Below, in pieces: positions 48,677-58,554 of a stretch of DNA of 64,000 nucleotides. The first letter of the stretch is position 1; each line of letters opens with the position of its first letter. The stretch comes from Nitrosopumilaceae archaeon (GTDB taxonomy: Archaea > Thermoproteota > Nitrososphaeria > Nitrososphaerales > Nitrosopumilaceae), in assembly GCA_965203465.1 (NCBI GenBank), contig CBDBCR010000001.1, forward strand, positions 896,001-960,000. The letters are read 5' to 3'. Below the pieces are notes generated by a model. The model worked only from the letters and a program-made list of their open reading frames with translations. It was not told where the DNA came from and did no database searches. A program made the position numbers and the translations under genes.

Positions 48677-49405
48677 GTGGCAGGTTACATGGACGCTGCG
48701 ATTGCCGTACTGTCCGAGGCGGGCAAGGCACTTCGTATAGACGAGATTACAAAGCGAGCAATAGACTTGGGCTACATCAAACCCAAAGGCAAGACTCCTA
48801 TCTCTACCATGGGTGCAGTCATCTATAGAGATGTCAAAAGGTTTGGCGAGAATTCGAAATTTGAGAAGGCGGACAGCTCCACATTCAAACTGCGCCAACC
48901 GCTCCCCGCAAAGCCGACCGTTCCTAGGGTGGACGGTGTGGATCCCGAGCAGACAGACGATGGGAAACACGGGGGCTTTGAGGAACCAAACACGGAAAAC
49001 AACTCAATGCACACTCAGAAGATGGGCAAGGCGGGCGAGTACCGAGTCATGAGCGAGCTGCTCTTGCGGGGATACAGTGCCAATTTTGTCGAACCCGACG
49101 ACGGCGTGGACATATCTGGGAGGAACAGCAGATCTCAGTTTGAGATACAGGTAAAGACGGCCACCAGAAAAAACGACAATTACATCACGACGATAAAAAA
49201 GAGGCCGTTTGAAAGCAAACACGGCCCGCAGATGTACTATGTATTCGTGCTGCGGGATCCGGACAACAGGCTTGACTTTGTCACACTTTCGTCCAAAGAC
49301 ATACGAAAACGTCTACGCAACGGAGACATGACCGAAAACAAAGCCGGATACCAAGCACGTTTTTCTAAAAAGGCGATAAGGTGTTCTTGGGCCAGCACGA
49401 TGTGA
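48677..49405 (+). CDS. HARE-HTH + PD-(D/E)XK restriction-endonuclease-like protein
   Basis: AAIAVL..GKTPISTM (HARE-HTH); GKAGE..SELL, DDGVD, EIQVK. Confidence 0.78.
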   Translation: MAGYMDAAIAVLSEAGKALRIDEITKRAIDLGYIKPKGKTPISTMGAVIYRDVKRFGENSKFEKADSSTFKLRQPLPAKPTVPRVDGVDPEQTDDGKHGGFEEPNTENNSMHTQKMGKAGEYRVMSELLLRGYSANFVEPDDGVDISGRNSRSQFEIQVKTATRKNDNYITTIKKRPFESKHGPQMYYVFVLRDPDNRLDFVTLSSKDIRKRLRNGDMTENKAGYQARFSKKAIRCSWASTM

Positions 49406-49556
49406 CGCAGTACCGGCACGACTGGGACTTTTGACGCTCCGCCATTTCGCGACCGTCGCTAAACAAACTCTATCACAGCTGCTGAACCTAGAACCGGACA
49501 GTGCGGCCAGATCTGGCCCCGCATCTCTTTTATTATCCCTCCCGGTGGGGCCGCGC

Positions 49557-49781
49557 ATGCCAGAAGAAAAAAAACTCGACGCGACGGGCCTGTTCTGCCC
49601 CGAGCCGGTGTTTCGGACAAAGATAGAGCTGGAGCGCATGCAGCCGGGGGACACGCTGGTGGTGACGGCCGACGATCCGGCCGCCGAGGACGACATCACC
49701 CGGTGGGCCTCGCGCAGCGGCCACAGGGTCTCGTCGGTGCAAAAGGACGGCGCAAAGGTCACCCTCTCGATAACCAAATGA
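49557..49781 (+). CDS. tusA: Sulfur carrier TusA/SirA
   Basis: LDATGLFCPEP, DDPAAEDDI. Confidence 0.92.
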   Translation: MPEEKKLDATGLFCPEPVFRTKIELERMQPGDTLVVTADDPAAEDDITRWASRSGHRVSSVQKDGAKVTLSITK

Positions 49782-49782
49782 G

Positions 49783-50760
49783 CTACTCTGAAAGGTACCT
49801 GTCCACGTCGATGGCGGCCATGCATCCGTAGCCGGCAGCCGTGACAGCTTGCCTGTACCTGCGGTCGTGCACGTCGCCTGCCGCAAAGACGCCCTCGGCG
49901 CTCGTCTGCGAGCGCTCCTTTACCACCACGTAGCCGTCCTGGTCGGTCTCCACTTGGCCTGCAAAGAGGGCCGTGTTGGGCACGTGCCCGACGGCCACGA
50001 ACACGCCGCCCGCCTGGAGCGAGGTCTCCTGGCCGGTCTTCGTATCCTGCACGGTCAGGCTCTGCACCTTTTGGTCGCCGCTTATCCTGGTCACCACCGA
50101 GTTGAGGTGGAAGCGTATCTTTTCGTTGTCCAGCGCGCGCTCGTGCATTATGCGGCTCGCGCGCAGGCGGTCGCGCCTGTGGATTACGTGGACGGTGGTG
50201 GCAAACTTTGTCAGGAACAGGGCCTCCTCCATGGCGGAATCCCCGCCGCCTACCACGGCCATCTCTTGGCCGCGGAAGAACGGCCCGTCGCACGTGGCGC
50301 AGTACGAGACTCCCCTGCCGGCAAACTCTTTTTCCGATTCCAGGCCCAGCTTGCGCGGGCTCGCGCCGGTCGCGATGATGACGGCCCTGCCCTCGTACTC
50401 TTCGGAGGCGGTCAGCACCTTTAGCGGCCTGCGCCTAAAGTCGACGTTGACAGCCTCGTCGTCGATTATCTTGGCGCCCATGCGCTTGGTCTGCTCTTTC
50501 ATGTCCGTCATCAGGTCGGGCCCCATTATGCCCTCCTTGAAGCCCGGATAGTTTTCCACGTCCGTGGTGTTTATCAGCTGCCCGCCGGGCAATATGCCGG
50601 ACAGTATCAGGGTCTTGTACCCGGCCCTCGCGCAGTATATGCCGGCGGTGTACCCCGCGGGGCCGGCCCCAATTATGACCACGTCGTAGGAGGTCTGTCG
50701 TTCGGGCGGCTTTGGCGCCTGCACTTGGGCGGTCGCCTCCATGCCGCCGCCTGCCATCAT
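49783..50760 (-). CDS. trxB: Thioredoxin reductase
   Basis: GAGPAG, ENYPG, CATCDG, GGGDSA, AAGD. Confidence 0.95.
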   Translation of the reverse strand: MMAGGGMEATAQVQAPKPPERQTSYDVVIIGAGPAGYTAGIYCARAGYKTLILSGILPGGQLINTTDVENYPGFKEGIMGPDLMTDMKEQTKRMGAKIIDDEAVNVDFRRRPLKVLTASEEYEGRAVIIATGASPRKLGLESEKEFAGRGVSYCATCDGPFFRGQEMAVVGGGDSAMEEALFLTKFATTVHVIHRRDRLRASRIMHERALDNEKIRFHLNSVVTRISGDQKVQSLTVQDTKTGQETSLQAGGVFVAVGHVPNTALFAGQVETDQDGYVVVKERSQTSAEGVFAAGDVHDRRYRQAVTAAGYGCMAAIDVDRYLSE

Positions 50761-50780
50761 GGGCGCGCGCGCCGGGTTGA

Positions 50781-51441
50781 TTAATTTAAACCTGACCTGA
50801 CCGCGCGCGCGCAGCGCCCGCACAGCCCGCGGCCTGCGAGGCGCAGCACCTCGGACTGCCAGCGCGCGTTGGACGCGGGGCATCGCCCGTCGCCGCAGAA
50901 CGGGCTCGCCGGTGGCCCAGTAGGCCGCTGCCTGCAGCACGTACGAGCACGCTATCGACGGCAGGCGTACGTCGCCCTCTTGCAGAAACCGGCCGCCCGG
51001 CGGCGGCAGGCCGGCAAGGCCGGCAGCGACGGCCCTCAGGTGGTACCCGCGCGGGCGGGCCGGCCCGTGCAGTATGCCGGGCACCGAGACCACGGCGGGG
51101 TTGGCGCATATCGTGGGCCTCGCGTGGTACCTCGCGTCCGCCTGATCGTAGGTGCAGCACAGCTTGCCGGTCAGCACGGCGTGCAGCTGCCCGGGGCCGC
51201 CCGGGCCCAGCCTGCGCGCGGCTTCCTGTACGGCAAAGCCGTCGAACGCGGCCGGCTCCTCGCCGCCTGTTGCCGGCCGCATCCGGGCCGGCGAGCCGTC
51301 AAAGATCAGGGGGCCGGCTTGGGGCAGGGGGGCGCTGCGGGCATCGCAAGCGGAGCCGCTCCTCCCAGAGACCAGATCCGAGACGCGGCCGATGTCGAGG
51401 CCGCTGCCGTCGTCGTGCAGGGTTATCTGTACCGGGTGCAT
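50781..51441 (-). pseudogene. DUF6775-like putative metallopeptidase, frameshift near 50903
   Basis: TYDQADARYHAR, PARPRGY, then TGEP/FCGDGRC..NARWQ in a shifted frame. Confidence 0.6.
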
Positions 51442-51452
51442 TCGGCCGGATC

Positions 51453-52271
51453 CTAGCGGCCGGCCTCTTCGACCTTCAGCGCCGCTATCTCGGCTGCCCT
51501 GCGGCCCGAAAAGAGCATCGAGCCGAACGTGGGCCCCATCCTCGGCAGGCCGTGCGTCTCGGTCACCGACATGCCGGCGGCCACCAGCCCGGGGTACACC
51601 TCGCCGGTCTTTGTTACCACCTCGTCCTCGCCCGACTCTACGTGCATGGGCTGCATGCCCTTCCACTCCGCCAGGCCCCTGTCCACGAGCCGCTTGACGG
51701 CCACCGAATCGTGGCCCGAGGCGTCTATGACCACCTTGGACTCGAGGGCCACCGGATCCACGCAGGTGATGTTGCGCGGCAGGGCCGAGACGGGCATCCA
51801 GTTGACCACGACGCCCTCGACCCTGCCGTTCCTGAGCACCAGGTCGTCGAACTTTGTGAGGTTGAGGAACTTTACGCCCGAATCGCAGGCGCTCGCTATC
51901 AGCTTCGAGACCGCGTGCGGGCCCGGAGTCAGGTACAGGCCCTCGGAGACCTCCTTGTATGGCACGCCCAGCTCGTCCCAGATCTTCTGGGCCGGCGCGC
52001 GCACCGTCACGGGGTTCATCATGTAACCCCCGAGCCAGTACCCGCCGCCCAGGTAGTTGTTCTGCTCTACGACCAGCACCCTGTACCCGCTGTTGGAAAG
52101 ATCCCTGCTCGCCGTCAGGCCCGCCGGCCCGGCCCCTATCACTATCACGTCCGAGCTGGCCCTCTCCACCAGGACGCTGTGGAACTCGTCGGCGATGGCG
52201 CGCGTTATCTGCACTTCGCTCACGTCGGCGAACATCCTCTGCTCTTTCTGGGCCGCTACTGCCTCCTGCAC
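51453..52271 (-). CDS. thi4: Thiazole synthase Thi4
   Basis: GAGPAGL, TCVDP, DASGHD, RMGPTFGSM. Confidence 0.95.
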   Translation of the reverse strand: MQEAVAAQKEQRMFADVSEVQITRAIADEFHSVLVERASSDVIVIGAGPAGLTASRDLSNSGYRVLVVEQNNYLGGGYWLGGYMMNPVTVRAPAQKIWDELGVPYKEVSEGLYLTPGPHAVSKLIASACDSGVKFLNLTKFDDLVLRNGRVEGVVVNWMPVSALPRNITCVDPVALESKVVIDASGHDSVAVKRLVDRGLAEWKGMQPMHVESGEDEVVTKTGEVYPGLVAAGMSVTETHGLPRMGPTFGSMLFSGRRAAEIAALKVEEAGR

Positions 52272-52406
52272 GGTCCGCCTGCCCGGCGCTGGTGTTTAAA
52301 ACGTTGCGGGACAGGCCCGGCAACCGGTGCCGCCCCGGTGCGGGCCCGGCGGCGATTTGGCCGGTCTTCAAAACTTTATAACCGAACAGCCGGCCCCCGC
52401 CGCGCG

Positions 52407-54186
52407 TTGGAGGCGCAGATGCAGAACCGCGGGGCCGAGCCGCGCACGGACTGGTCGGCGGCCCAGGAGGCAGACGCCTTGGTCGCGAAGGCCGTGCGGC
52501 TCTACAGGAAGGGCGAGTACGACGCGGACAGCTTCAGGCGGTTCCGGCTCCAGCACGGCGCCTACGGCACGCGCATGACCTCCGACTATGCGATGATCCG
52601 CGTAAAGCTGCCCGCCGGCGAGGTGTACCCCGCCCAGCTGGAAAAGCTGGCCGATCTGAGCGAGCAGTTTTCCATAGGCAGCGCGCACGTCTCGACGCGC
52701 GAGAACGTGCAGCTCCACTGGGTGGTGCTCGAGGACGTCTCGGAGGTGTTCCGGGGCCTGGCAGAGGTGGGCCTGACCTCGCGCGAGGCGTGCGGGAACT
52801 CGGTGCGCAACGTCATGTGCAGCCCGCTCTCGGGCGTGTGCGCGGCAGAAGCCTTCGACTCCACCCCGTACGCGCTGGCCGTGGCGAGGTTCTTCCTGCG
52901 CAACCCCATGGCGCAGAACCTGCCGCGCAAGTTCAAGTTCAACTTTACGTGCTGCGAGGAGCACGGCATGGCCCGCATGGTGGACGTGGGGCTCGTGCCG
53001 GCCCTCGGGCCCGGCGGGGAGCGCGGCTTCCGCGTGTTCTTGGGCGGCGGCCTCGGCAACCGCTCGTTCGTGGGCCGCCAGCTGGAGGACTTTACGCCGG
53101 AAGAGGATCTGCTGCACACGTCCATATCGGTCGTGCGGGTGTTCGACCGCCTGGGCGACCGCAAGAACCTCGCGCGCAACCGCCTGCGGTACCTGGTAAG
53201 CGACATGGGCTGGGAGGCCTTCTCCAACCTTGTCATCAAGGAGAGGGCCGTGGTGCGCGCCACGCAGTCGGTGGTCACGCGCCTGAACCCGGACACGTCG
53301 GGGCGCGAGCTGCGCCGGCCGGTGCGCGTGACATCGGGGGGCGGGGCCGCGCCGCCCGGGTACGCGCGCTGGCTCTCGACGAGCACGCAGCCGCAGCGGC
53401 AGGCCGGGTACCGGACCGCGTTCATCTCGCTCGAATCGGGGGACATCACCGCCGCGCAGCTGCGCTCGCTGGCCTCGATAGTGCGAGAGTATTCGGCAGA
53501 GGGCGCCGCGCGCGCAGGCTTTGTGCAGGACATGGCCCTGCGGCACGTCCACGAGGACGACCTTGCGGGCCTGTACTCTGCCCTGACCGAGGCGGGCCTC
53601 GCGCGCCCCGGCGCGCTGACCATGGCCGCGCCGGTGGGCTGCTCGGGGACCACCTCGTGCAACCTGGCCCTGACGAATTCGCACCGGCTCTCCAAGGAGG
53701 TGCAGCGCAAGTTTTTGGAGCTGGGCCTCGACGAGGATCCGGACCTGCGCGGCTCGTCCGTGAAGATAAGCGGGTGCCCCAACTCGTGCGCCCAGCACGG
53801 CATAGCCACCGTGGGGTTCTTCGGCGGGGGCGGCAGGGTCGGCAAGGACATGTACCCAAACTACATGATGTCCTTCGGCGGGCGCTCGGACGGGCGCACC
53901 ATGCTCGGCGTCGGCGGTCATGCGCGTGCCGGCAAAGCGGGTCATACCTGCGCTGCTGCGCATAATAGAGGTGTTCCGATCCCGCAAGCAGGGCGGCGAC
54001 ACGCTCGAATCGTGGGCGCACCGCGTGGCCTCGGGCGCCGACGGGTACTCGCTCGACGACCTAAAGCGGGATCTGGCGCCGATCGCCGCGCCGCCGGACA
54101 TCTCGGAGGATCCCGACTTTTACTCCGACTACGGGGCCGACGGGGCCTACCACACAAAGACGGGCAAGGGCGAGTGCGCGGCTTGA
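52407..54186 (+). CDS. Ferredoxin-sulfite/nitrite reductase, with a +1 frameshift near 53912
   Basis: TRENVQLH, ACGNSVRN, LPRKFK, CSGTTSC, SGCPNSC; C-terminus continues in 53920-54186. Confidence 0.88.
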
Positions 54187-54959
54187 TATCGGGAGCAGAC
54201 CTGACCGCCTCGGAGATACGCGACCGCAGCGTGCGGGTGCTCGACGTGCGCAGGCCCGAAGAGTACGCGGCGGGCCACCTGCCGTCGGCAGACAATTTGC
54301 CGCTGGCCGGCCTGCTCTCCGACGACAGCCCCCGGGCGGTGGCCTCGCTTGCCGGCTCGCTGGGCATAGGCGACGAGGAGCGCGTGGTGATATACGACGA
54401 CACGTTCGGCGCGCTGGCCTCGCGCGTGGCCTGGTCGCTGGAGCACATCGGCCACCGCGGGGTCTCGCTCCTGGAGACGACGTACTCGGGCTGGAAGTCC
54501 ATGGGGCTGCAGACCGGCTCCGAAAAGCCCGAGCGCGCAGCCTGCCGGCACTCCGTATCGGAGGACGCGTCGATCTCGGCCTCCGCCGAATCGCTCGAAT
54601 CCGAGCGCGATTCGGGGGCGCTGCTCATAGACAACCGCGAGAGGCTCAACTACCTCGAGCAGCACATACCCGGCGCGCTCAGCCTGCCGTACAGGACGCT
54701 CTCGGAGCCGGGCCGGATACTGCGCAGTCCGGCGGACATGAGGCGCCTGCTGGAGAACCGCGGCATAGGGCCCGGTTCGCGCGCCATCACGTACTGCGGC
54801 AGCGTGGGCACGCTCTCGGGCCTGGCGTACTATGCCCTAAAGAGCGCCGGGGTGCGCGACGTGCGCCTCTACGTAAGATCGTTCCGCGAGTGGAAGGGGC
54901 AGAACCGGCCCGTCGAGAGGCAGCCCGACGCAAACTACTGGGATCTTTCCGCCGAGTGA
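54183..54959 (+). CDS. Tandem rhodanese sulfurtransferase
   Basis: LDVR..Y..GHLP, HIPGA, YCGSVGT. Confidence 0.9.
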   Translation: MISGADLTASEIRDRSVRVLDVRRPEEYAAGHLPSADNLPLAGLLSDDSPRAVASLAGSLGIGDEERVVIYDDTFGALASRVAWSLEHIGHRGVSLLETTYSGWKSMGLQTGSEKPERAACRHSVSEDASISASAESLESERDSGALLIDNRERLNYLEQHIPGALSLPYRTLSEPGRILRSPADMRRLLENRGIGPGSRAITYCGSVGTLSGLAYYALKSAGVRDVRLYVRSFREWKGQNRPVERQPDANYWDLSAE

Positions 54960-56050
54960 GCCGCCTCGCCGCGCAGCTGCCGCGTGACGGCCGCGTCGAT
55001 GTTGTCCAGCACGTCGAGCATCTTTTGCCTGTTGTCCTCCAAAAATTCGTCGCCCCTGTCCTGCAGCCTCTTTTTCCAGAGGCGGATCTCGCGGTGCTCC
55101 TCGAGGAACCGCTCCACCATGTGCCTGCCGCTCCTCTCGGGGTCGATGAACTCTTCGAGCTCTTTCGAGACGGAGCCGGCCCGCCCCTCGGTTATGGCGG
55201 CCTTTGCCGACTGTATGGCCTCGCCGAGGCCGCGCAGGCTCTTGGCCGACTCGGGCAGGGTGCGCTTTACGGACAGGCCCCACAGGCCGCGCTCCTTCTT
55301 GCCGACCTTTTTGACGATGTCCGGGGACAGGTCGTATACGGGTATGCGGTGGAATCCCTCGCGCTTTTCGTGGCGCACCAGCAGCCCGCGCTCCGTCAGC
55401 TTTAGCAGGGCCTCTTCTGCGTCGGACTTGTCGAGCAGCGTCGTCCAGACTATGGCCCCTATGGTGTGGTACCCCTGCCTGACGCTCTCTATGACGACGA
55501 CTTCGACTATCCTCTTGAAGCCCTCCTCTATGCGGACGTTGACGAAGTCCTTGTCCTTTACGGCCTTTCTTGCGTTCTTTACGTCGATCTCTATCGACCT
55601 CTTTAGGGCCTCGATCGATTCGGCCACCCTGTTGAGCATGGACAGGTAGCAGGCCCTGTTGTACCAGGCCATGCCGAAGTTGGGATCGGATTCGGACGCC
55701 TTTTCTGCCGAGTCGAGCGCCTTTGCGTAGTTTTTCTGCTCGTAGTGTATGAGGCCCTTTAGGTTCCAGGCCTCGGCGTTGGCCACGTCGATGTCGAGGA
55801 CGCGGTCGTAGACGCGCAGCGCCTCGCCGTGGTCGTCGGAGTGGAACCGGGCGTAGCCCAGCTTTAGCAGCACGTCCACGTTGTCGGGGTCTATGCGCAG
55901 CGCCTGCTCGAGTGCCTCGACGGCCTCTTCCATCTTTTCGTCGGCCATGAGGTTGGTGCCCTTTTTGTACAGGCGCTTTACGTTGTAGGACGGGTCTGCG
56001 AGCGGCTTTTCTCCGGACGGCTCGGGAAGATCCCGCCGGGAGCCCTTCAT
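54935..56050 (-). CDS. TPR-repeat protein
   Basis: ALEQALRIDP, AWNLKG, AWYNRAC repeats. Confidence 0.88.
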   Translation of the reverse strand: MKGSRRDLPEPSGEKPLADPSYNVKRLYKKGTNLMADEKMEEAVEALEQALRIDPDNVDVLLKLGYARFHSDDHGEALRVYDRVLDIDVANAEAWNLKGLIHYEQKNYAKALDSAEKASESDPNFGMAWYNRACYLSMLNRVAESIEALKRSIEIDVKNARKAVKDKDFVNVRIEEGFKRIVEVVVIESVRQGYHTIGAIVWTTLLDKSDAEEALLKLTERGLLVRHEKREGFHRIPVYDLSPDIVKKVGKKERGLWGLSVKRTLPESAKSLRGLGEAIQSAKAAITEGRAGSVSKELEEFIDPERSGRHMVERFLEEHREIRLWKKRLQDRGDEFLEDNRQKMLDVLDNIDAAVTRQLRGEAAHSAERSQ

Positions 56051-56134
56051 GGGCGCCGGGGGCCGCGTTCCTGATAAATAGTCTGCGCCGCGCCTGCTGG
56101 AAATGCAAAAATACACGTGCCGGCGCGCACGGCC

Positions 56135-57675
56135 ATGGCGCCTCAGAGAGTGTCGGTCAGGGGGCGCGCGCCGTTCGAAAAGACCGGCGTGTACGAGGCC
56201 TCCATCTACCTGTGCCGCTCCAGGCCGGAGCCGGCCGCCGCCGCCTCGGGCGATCTGGACAGCCTCTGGCGGGGCGACTTCCACCTGCGCGTGCGCGACG
56301 GCTCGTTCGGGGAGGACCTGGGGGGGCCGGACAACCCCGTCCCGGCCTCGGTGTTCCAGCTGCAGTCGGTCTGGGTGGCCGTGGCCGACAGGCTCTCTGA
56401 GCGCACGTCGATATTCGAGGTGCCGGTGCCCGGCGGCGCCCGGCCGGAGCCGGCCCCCGCGCCGCCGCCCGCCGAGAAGGGCAGGCCCGGACGAGCAGGG
56501 CGCGCAAGGGGAGCAGGGCCCGCCCGGTCCCGCCGGCACGTTCAGGGCCAGCCCGGCTTGCAGGGGCCGCCCGGCGAGCGCGGCGCGCGCGGGCCAGCCG
56601 GCGACAAGGGCGACAAGGGCCCGCCCGGCGAAAAGGGGCTGACCGGCGACGTGGGCCAGCAGGGCGACAAGGGAACGCCCGGGCGAGCGCGGGGACAGCG
56701 GCGAGCGGGGGCCGGCCGGCCCCGCGGGCCCGCCCGGCGAAAAGGGGGCCACCGGCCCGCCCGGCGACAAGGGCCCGGCAGGCCTGCGCGGGATCAGCGG
56801 CGACAAGGGCGACAAGGGGCCGACCGGACCCGTAGGCGACAAGGGCCCGGCCGGGCCTGCGCGGCTCTGCCGGCCCCGCCGGCGACAAGGGGCCGCAGGG
56901 CCCGGCCGGCGAGCGGGGCATCACCGGAGAAAAGGGCCCGGCCGGCGAAAAGGGCCCGACCGGCCCGCCCGGCCCCGCCGGCGAGAAGGGCCTGCAGGGC
57001 CCGGCCGGCGAGATCGGGCTAAAGGGCCCGCAGGGGCCGATGGGCGAAAAGGGCCCGCCCGGCCCGGCCGGGCCGCTGGGCGAGCGCGGTATAACCGGGC
57101 CGCAGGGCCAGCCCGGCCAGCCCGGCCCCGCCGGCCCCAAGGGGGCCTCGGGCGAGCGCGGCCCGCAGGGGCCGCCGGGGCCCGCCGGCGAAAAGGGCCC
57201 GCAGGGGCCGCAGGGGCCGGCCGGCGAAAAGGGGCTGACCGGGGTCCCGGGCCCGCAGGGCGAAAAGGGCGAGCGCGGCCCGCAGGGGCCGCTCGGAGAA
57301 AAGGGCCAGGCCGGCCAGCCGGGCCCGCGCGGCGACAAGGGGCCCCAGGGCCCGCAGGGCCCGCAGGGCGAGCGCGGCGGGCAGGGGGCCCCCGGCGAAA
57401 AGGGCCCGCAGGGCCCGCAGGGCATACAGGGCCCGCAGGGCGAGCGCGGCCCGCTCGGCCCGCCGGGGCCGGCAGGCGAGCCGGGCCCGCGCGGCGAGCA
57501 GGGCCCGGTGGGGCAGGCCGGCCCCCAAGGCCCGCCCGGCCCGCCGGGGGCCGGCGGCGCGCAGGATTCTTCGGATCAAAAGGCGCTGCTGAAAGATCTT
57601 TTGGACCTGCTCACCGAAAAGGGCCTCATCAGCACCGAAGAGCAGATCCGCATAATGAGCAGGCTCTACCAGTGA
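56135..57675 (+). CDS. Collagen-like (Gly-X-Y) protein, several frameshifts in 56470-56880
   Basis: Globular N-terminus, long GPQ/GEK/GPA triplet run, short helical C-terminus. Confidence 0.82.
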
Positions 57676-57928
57676 CTGCGCGGCGCGGATCGAAAGTTTT
57701 TTCCCGCGACCGCCCGGCGCGCAGGAGTTATAGCGCCTTTCGCCGGCAAAACCGCGACGGGCAAGAACGCGCGCGTCCGCCGCTCGGGGCTGCGCCGTCC
57801 GATGCTGCCCGGTTGTGCGGGCGGGCGCTCCGACGCGGCTGGGGGCCTGCGCGCCCCTTGCAAAAGCGTCCCGGGCTCCTTGCCGGTCTGGATAAAAAAG
57901 AAACCGATCGCCGTGGGGCGATCCGGTT

Positions 57929-58234
57929 CTATATTTTCTTGGTTCTGCGCGTGGTCCTCCTCTTGGGAGCGGCCTTGCGCGTGGTCGTCTTGCGCGTGGA
58001 CGTCTTGCGTGTCGTCTTGCGCGTGGTCCTCCTCTTGGGAGCGGCCTTGCGCGTGGACGTCTTGCGTGTCGTCTTGCGCGTGGTCCTCCTCTTGGGAGCG
58101 GCCTTGCGCGTGGACGTCTTGCGTGTCGTCTTGCGCGTGGTCCTCCTCTTGGGAGCGGCCTTGCGCGTGGACGTCTTGCGTGTCGTCTTGCGCGTGGTCT
58201 TCCTCTTGGAGGTTCCCTTTCGTGATGTCGCCAT
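57929..58234 (-). CDS. Very basic histone H1/HC2-like protein
   Basis: R/K/T-rich, [19 protein letters not shown] repeats. Confidence 0.8.
   Translation of the reverse strand: MATSRKGTSKRKTTRKTTRKTSTRKAAPKRRTTRKTTRKTSTRKAAPKRRTTRKTTRKTSTRKAAPKRRTTRKTTRKTSTRKTTTRKAAPKRRTTRRTKKI
58019..58189. repeat. Three perfect 57-bp tandem repeats, plus partial flanking units
   Basis: Units at 58019, 58076 and 58133. Confidence 0.92.
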
Positions 58235-58554
58235 CGGACTAGCCCGGATCCTCATAGTTTTTCAATAGCTATACTCAAAAAAATTAGACAAGCGCGTAGT
58301 TTTTTGTCAACCGAAAACGGTGGATTCCGATCGCTTTGGGCCGCCGCGAGCGCGCGCGCGGGCGCGTTTCAAGCACGCGATCGGGCCCGCGGCGCGCGCG
58401 CGGGCGCGCAAAGGCAGATCGTGCCCACGCAAGCTGCGGCCCGGATTTGGCGGCTACGCGCGCCCCGCGGGCGGCGCGCGCACGCCGCGGCGCGCAGCCG
58501 GGCAGCGCCCCGCGCGCCGGCCGGCGCGATCGCGGATCGCGCCGCGATCGCCGC

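Noticed and set aside
49783-52371. 862-aa ORF ending in thioredoxin reductase
   Set aside because: Off-frame thi4 sequence, a frameshifted DUF6775-like gene and trxB joined by the scarcity of stops in high-GC DNA.
51270-54959. 1229-aa sulfite reductase-rhodanese fusion
   Set aside because: Produced by antisense read-through over thi4 plus the frameshift near 53912; the reductase ends at 54186 and the rhodanese has its own start.
57947-58200. CRISPR array
   Set aside because: The repeats are contiguous, have no spacers, and encode an in-frame basic protein; no cas genes are present.
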